A DNA stretch of 64,000 bases from positions 1-64,000 of the forward strand of contig JBBQSO010000015.1 of the NCBI GenBank assembly GCA_038213805.1, written 5' to 3'. Numbering within the stretch: position 1 is the first letter of the stretch; the number at the start of each line of letters is the position of its first letter. Under the pieces are notes generated by a model, which worked only from the letters and a program-made list of their open reading frames with translations, was not told the DNA's origin and made no database searches. Below are positions 59,842 through 64,000 of the stretch, one piece after another. The stretch comes from Planctomycetota bacterium. Its GTDB lineage: Bacteria; Planctomycetota; UBA11346. A program made the position numbers and the translations under genes.

Positions 59842-62094
59842 TCAGGCTGCGGCTGGCGCGGTGCGGCGCGGCAGCGAGGTGCAGATGACCAGACCGGCGA
59901 GACCGATGGCGAGCGCCACCGGCGCGGGCAGGTGGGCGATGGCAGATAGCAGGCGGTGCGCGGGCTCGGGCAGGACCTGGACGAGTGTATCGTGGTGGTC
60001 GCTGAGCAGCACGGCCAGCGCGTTGTGGCCGGCGTGCAGCAGGATCGCCGGCAGTAACGAGCGCGTGCGCAAAGTCAGCAGGGCGAGGAATATCCCGAGC
60101 GTGAACTGCGGCAGGAAGCGGTAGGGCGAGAGGTGCAGGGTGGCGAACAGGAACGCGGAGATCAGCACGCCGCCGGTGTCGCCCAGGCTGCGACGCAGGC
60201 CGGTGAGCAGGGTGCCCCGGCAGAGCAGCTCTTCGCAAATGCCGGGGATCACCGCCAGGCAGAGCAGCTCGACGAGCAGGCCGTTGCCGCGCAGGGCGGC
60301 CACCACTTGTTCAAGCATGCCGCTGCCAGCCGCGTCGGGCGGCGGCGCCGGCTGCAGGCTGCCGATGGCGATGCTGGTGAGCACGGCAAAGGGCAGGGCG
60401 AACCCTGAGCGCAGCAGCCCGCTGGCCCGTGGCCAGGCGAGCTGCAGGAGTTCGCGCGCCCGATAAGCACCAAGCCAGCAGTGCGCGAGCGCCGGCAGGG
60501 CGACGAACAGCAGCAGCGGGCCGGCGACGAACAGCGGCACCCACTGGTGTTGCCAACGCATGAAGGCGCCGGCGCCGAAGGTCATGCCGCCGACCGCGAT
60601 GGCGAACACCGCCATGACCTCAAGGCCGTTCGGCAGTGGCTCGCCCAGGCCCCAGCGGCGGAAACGTCCCCAGCCTGCGCGCACCAGGCCGGGATAACGA
60701 AAGCGCTCCGAGTCGAGCAGGCGCGCCGCCCAGCTCACCACCACCGCGGCCAGGGCCAGGCTCGCCGCCGAGGCCATGGCGAGGTGGAAGACCGGCAGCG
60801 CCGCACCGGCCAGGCTCTCTTTCAGCACCAGCACCGAACCCGTGATCGGCACCAGGTCCAGGACCAGGCTCGGGCGCAGGTCGGGCGTTGCCGCCACGCC
60901 GGCCGCGACCATCACCACCAGCAGCAGCGGGCTGAGGTAGTTCTGCGCTTCCTTTGAGCTCGCCGCGAGCCCGGCCAGGGCCAGCGACAGCGCGGCCAGG
61001 GTGATGGTGATCGGCACCAGCACCAGGAAGCTGAGCAGCAGCGTGCCGCCGCCGACCGCGAGCATGCCGGACACGCCCGCGCCGGCGCCGCCGGCGATTT
61101 GGCTACCGGCGAGGGCGGCGGTCAGGGCCAGCGACAGCAGGTTGAGGATCACCGAGATCGCCGCCGCTGCGCAGGTCACCAGCAGTTTGCCGAGGAAGAT
61201 GTCGCGGCGCGCCACCGGCCACGACATCAGGCTCTCAAGGGTGCCGCGCTCGCGTTCGCCGGCGATCAGGTCGAGCGCGGGGTAGAAGGCGCCGCTGATC
61301 GCCAACATCACCAGCAGCAGCGGGATCATCCCGGCGAGGCGCGTGCGGATCGATTCCGCCACCGGCGCGACCGTGACCACGCTGCGTTCGAGCGGGCGCA
61401 GCGCCTCTGCGCCGAGGCCGGCGGCACCCAGGCGCTCCACCACCAGGCCGCGGTGGTAATCCTCGAGGGCGCGTTCAACTGCGCGGCGCGCCTCCTCGAC
61501 GTGGCGGTTGGCGTCGTCCGGGGCCAGCACCACGCGATTGGCGTCGCCGGTGCCGATCACCGCGACCGCCAGGTCGTTGTCGCGCAGCAGGTCGAGCAGG
61601 GCGGTGCGCTCGGTCTCCTGCCGCGCGCGCAGGTCGAGGAGTTCGGGCGTGGGTGGCGGCGCGATCGCGCCGGTGGCCGGCCGCTGGCGTTCCAGTTCGC
61701 GGGTCAGGCGGTCGAGTTCGAGGGCGTGCTGCTGCAGGGCCTCGCGCAGCGGCGGCGCGACGGCGATCAGCTCGGCCGCCGTGCGTGCCCGGGGCATGCC
61801 TGGGGCGCCCGCCGGCGTCTTTGCAGGGGTCTCGCGGGGCGCGTCGTCATCATCCTTGGGCGGCGCGACCGCGCGCGCCAGCGCGTCGCCGAGATGCGCA
61901 GGCACTTCGACGCCGGCGATGCGCGCCGGTTCGACGTGCTGGGCGCGGGTGAGCTGGATCATCTGCACGACGAACAGCGCGATCAGCGGATAAAGCAGCA
62001 CCGGCAGGCCGATGTTGACGAACAGCGTGCGCTTGTCGCGCAGGATCTCGAGACCGTCCTTGCGGAAGATGTGCAGGATCAGGCGCAGGTTCAT
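59842..62094 (-). CDS. NatB-like ABC permease fused to a CPBP (CAAX/Abi) intramembrane protease domain
   Basis: IFRKD..EILRDKRT, AGERERGTLE.L, KEAQNY; C-terminal EELLCRG, F...H, H..HN. Confidence 0.88.
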   Translation of the reverse strand: MNLRLILHIFRKDGLEILRDKRTLFVNIGLPVLLYPLIALFVVQMIQLTRAQHVEPARIAGVEVPAHLGDALARAVAPPKDDDDAPRETPAKTPAGAPGMPRARTAAELIAVAPPLREALQQHALELDRLTRELERQRPATGAIAPPPTPELLDLRARQETERTALLDLLRDNDLAVAVIGTGDANRVVLAPDDANRHVEEARRAVERALEDYHRGLVVERLGAAGLGAEALRPLERSVVTVAPVAESIRTRLAGMIPLLLVMLAISGAFYPALDLIAGERERGTLESLMSWPVARRDIFLGKLLVTCAAAAISVILNLLSLALTAALAGSQIAGGAGAGVSGMLAVGGGTLLLSFLVLVPITITLAALSLALAGLAASSKEAQNYLSPLLLVVMVAAGVAATPDLRPSLVLDLVPITGSVLVLKESLAGAALPVFHLAMASAASLALAAVVVSWAARLLDSERFRYPGLVRAGWGRFRRWGLGEPLPNGLEVMAVFAIAVGGMTFGAGAFMRWQHQWVPLFVAGPLLLFVALPALAHCWLGAYRARELLQLAWPRASGLLRSGFALPFAVLTSIAIGSLQPAPPPDAAGSGMLEQVVAALRGNGLLVELLCLAVIPGICEELLCRGTLLTGLRRSLGDTGGVLISAFLFATLHLSPYRFLPQFTLGIFLALLTLRTRSLLPAILLHAGHNALAVLLSDHHDTLVQVLPEPAHRLLSAIAHLPAPVALAIGLAGLVICTSLPRRTAPAAA

Positions 62095-62891
62095 CGCGCG
62101 GCTTCCGGCGTGGTGGGCGGGGGCGCGGGCAGGCCCTGCGCTGCGGGCCCGGCCGCGGCCAGCGGCGTCAGCGGCGCGCCGATCAGGTCGTGCACCGCGG
62201 CTTCAAGCGCCTCGCCGCCGCCGAGCGTCGCCGGCGCGCCGTCGAAGACCAGGCGGCCGGCGCGCAGCACCAGCAGGCGATCGGCCATCAGCTCGACCTC
62301 GCGCAGCACGTGCGTGGCGATGACGATCAGGCGGCCCGGGCGCCGCGCCGCGCGCACCGCCTCGACCACGTGGCGCGCGGCGATCAGGTCGAGTCCGGTG
62401 GTCGGCTCGTCGAGGATGAGCAGGTCGGGATCGGCGAGCAGGGTGCGCGCCAGGTTGATGCGCTGGAGCTGACCGGTCGACATGCCGTCGATGCGCTGAT
62501 CGATGAAGGCGGCGAGGTCGAAGGTCTCGGCCATGGCCGCGATGCGCGCGGCGAGCGCGGCACGGTCGCGCAGGAAGAAGCCGCCGGCGTAGCCGAGCAG
62601 CTCGCGTCCGGTCAGGCGCGGGTAGAGGCGCGTGGTGGTCGACAGGTAGCCGAGCCGCGCACGCACCTCCTCGGGCTGCAGGCGGGTGTCGAGCCCGTCG
62701 ACCAGCACGCGGCCACGGTCCGGGGTGAGCAGGGTGGTGACCAGGCGCAGCAGCGTGCTCTTGCCCGCGCCGTTGGCCCCGACCAGGGCTGTGACGCCAT
62801 CGCCGAGGGTCGCGCTGAGTCCATCGACCGCGCGCACTTCACCGCGACTGGGATCGAAGAACGACTTGGCGACCGCGTCGAACACCAGCAT
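62091..62891 (-). CDS. NatA-like ABC ATP-binding protein
   Basis: GANGAGKST, MSTGQLQR, LILDEPTTGLD, ATH; ATGA overlap with the permease. Confidence 0.88.
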   Translation of the reverse strand: MLVFDAVAKSFFDPSRGEVRAVDGLSATLGDGVTALVGANGAGKSTLLRLVTTLLTPDRGRVLVDGLDTRLQPEEVRARLGYLSTTTRLYPRLTGRELLGYAGGFFLRDRAALAARIAAMAETFDLAAFIDQRIDGMSTGQLQRINLARTLLADPDLLILDEPTTGLDLIAARHVVEAVRAARRPGRLIVIATHVLREVELMADRLLVLRAGRLVFDGAPATLGGGEALEAAVHDLIGAPLTPLAAAGPAAQGLPAPPPTTPEAAR

Positions 62892-62973
62892 GGCCGGAGC
62901 ATGGACCCGCCCGGCGGTGTTGCCAGGGGGCGGGGCTTCTCCCTCCCGCTCCCCCAGGCCCTATCCTGTCCGC

Positions 62974-64000
62974 ATGCCCCGCCTCCCACTCCTCGCCCTC
63001 GTCTGCCTCCTCGCCTGCGCCGCCTCCGCGGCGGAGCCCCTGCCCGAGCGCATGACCTTCCTCGACAACGGCACGCTGCGCATCGGCATGGATCTCAACC
63101 GCGGCGGCGCGGTGACCTTCCTCGGGGCCGCCGTGCGGCCGGGCAACCTGATCAACAGCTACGATTATGGCCGGCAGATCCAGATGTCGGTGTATTCCGG
63201 ACCGACGCCATTCACGCCGCACGGCAAGCAGCCGCGCCCGGAGTGGCGCGGGCTGGGCTGGAATCCGATCCAGACCGGCGACTGCTTCGGCCGGCCGTCG
63301 CAGGTCGTCGAGCAGCGCAACGACGGCAAGGAACTCTACCTCAAGTGCGTGCCGATGCAGTGGCCGCTCGATGACGAGCCGGGCGAGTGCACCTTCGAGA
63401 CCTGGACCACGCTCGACGGCCCGAGCGTGCGCATGCGCTTCCGCGTCGCCAACCACCGCGCCGACCACACCCAGTACGCGGCGCGCAGCCAGGAGCTACC
63501 CGCGATCTACACCATCGCCGCGCTGCACCGGCTGATGACCTACAGCGGGCCGCAGCCGTTCACCGGCGCGGCGCCGGATGAGCAGCGCAACGACTGGCAC
63601 CAACCGTGGCCGTGGACCACTTGGCTCGCGAGCGAGGGCTGGTCGGCGCTGGTCGGCGACGACGACTGGGGCTTGGGCGTCTTCCGCGACGACGGCTGCT
63701 TCTTCAACGGCGGCCTCTATGGCGAGGCCGGCTCGCGCGATCCGCACGCCGTGCCGACCGGCTACCTCGCGCCGGTCGAGACCGAGACCCTGGACCACGA
63801 CATCGTCTACGACCACGCCTGCCTGATCACCGTCGGCACGCTCGCAGAGATCCGCGCGCGCAGCCTGGCGGTGGCGGTGGCGCTCCGGCAGGCGCCGGAC
63901 TGGCAATTCAGCGGTCCCAGCCGCCTGCACTGGCACGTCGACGGCGCCACGGATGCCGGCCTGCCACTGGTCGACGGGTGGCGCATCCTGCTTGGCGCGA
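62974..64000 (+). CDS. Secreted hypothetical protein, runs off the window end
   Basis: ATG 62974; signal MPRLPLLALVCLLACAASAA; LDNGTLRIGMDLNRGGAVTFL...NLINSYDYGRQIQMSVYSGP; no stop before 64000. Confidence 0.75.
   Translation, partial: MPRLPLLALVCLLACAASAAEPLPERMTFLDNGTLRIGMDLNRGGAVTFLGAAVRPGNLINSYDYGRQIQMSVYSGPTPFTPHGKQPRPEWRGLGWNPIQTGDCFGRPSQVVEQRNDGKELYLKCVPMQWPLDDEPGECTFETWTTLDGPSVRMRFRVANHRADHTQYAARSQELPAIYTIAALHRLMTYSGPQPFTGAAPDEQRNDWHQPWPWTTWLASEGWSALVGDDDWGLGVFRDDGCFFNGGLYGEAGSRDPHAVPTGYLAPVETETLDHDIVYDHACLITVGTLAEIRARSLAVAVALRQAPDWQFSGPSRLHWHVDGATDAGLPLVDGWRILLGA

Overview
High-GC (>70% by eye) bacterial chromosomal segment, most likely from the PVC superphylum (Planctomycetota-like). 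Supporting signs are a planctomycete cytochrome c/DUF1549/DUF1553 plus DUF1501 pair, an ECF sigma with a FecR-type partner, and several Hanks-type Ser/Thr kinases. Housekeeping genes include folC, pfp (PPi-PFK), mreC, xerC, pncB-nadE (with an NrtR-type operator), rpsD, an SbcD/SbcC-like (YhaO/YhaN) pair and two ABC systems. No rRNA, tRNA, CRISPR array or transposase was seen. Main observations: (1) four copies of an intergenic element built from inverted arrays of the octamer GTCCGGAA around a 65-79 bp core, with other short tandem or inverted repeat families nearby; (2) a FecR-like anti-sigma factor whose C-terminal module is split by the same ~170-aa domain found in the divergently encoded DUF1553 protein; (3) a ~4 kb lower-GC signalling island directly after xerC (PAS histidine kinase, hemerythrin-REC fusion, two broken REC genes); (4) unusual signalling fusions: kinase-REC-HPt-REC, pseudokinase-TM-FGE and REC-Zn ribbon; (5) an orphan, C-terminally extended PstS with candidate Pho-box repeats. 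All calls come from motif recognition by eye; no database searches were run.
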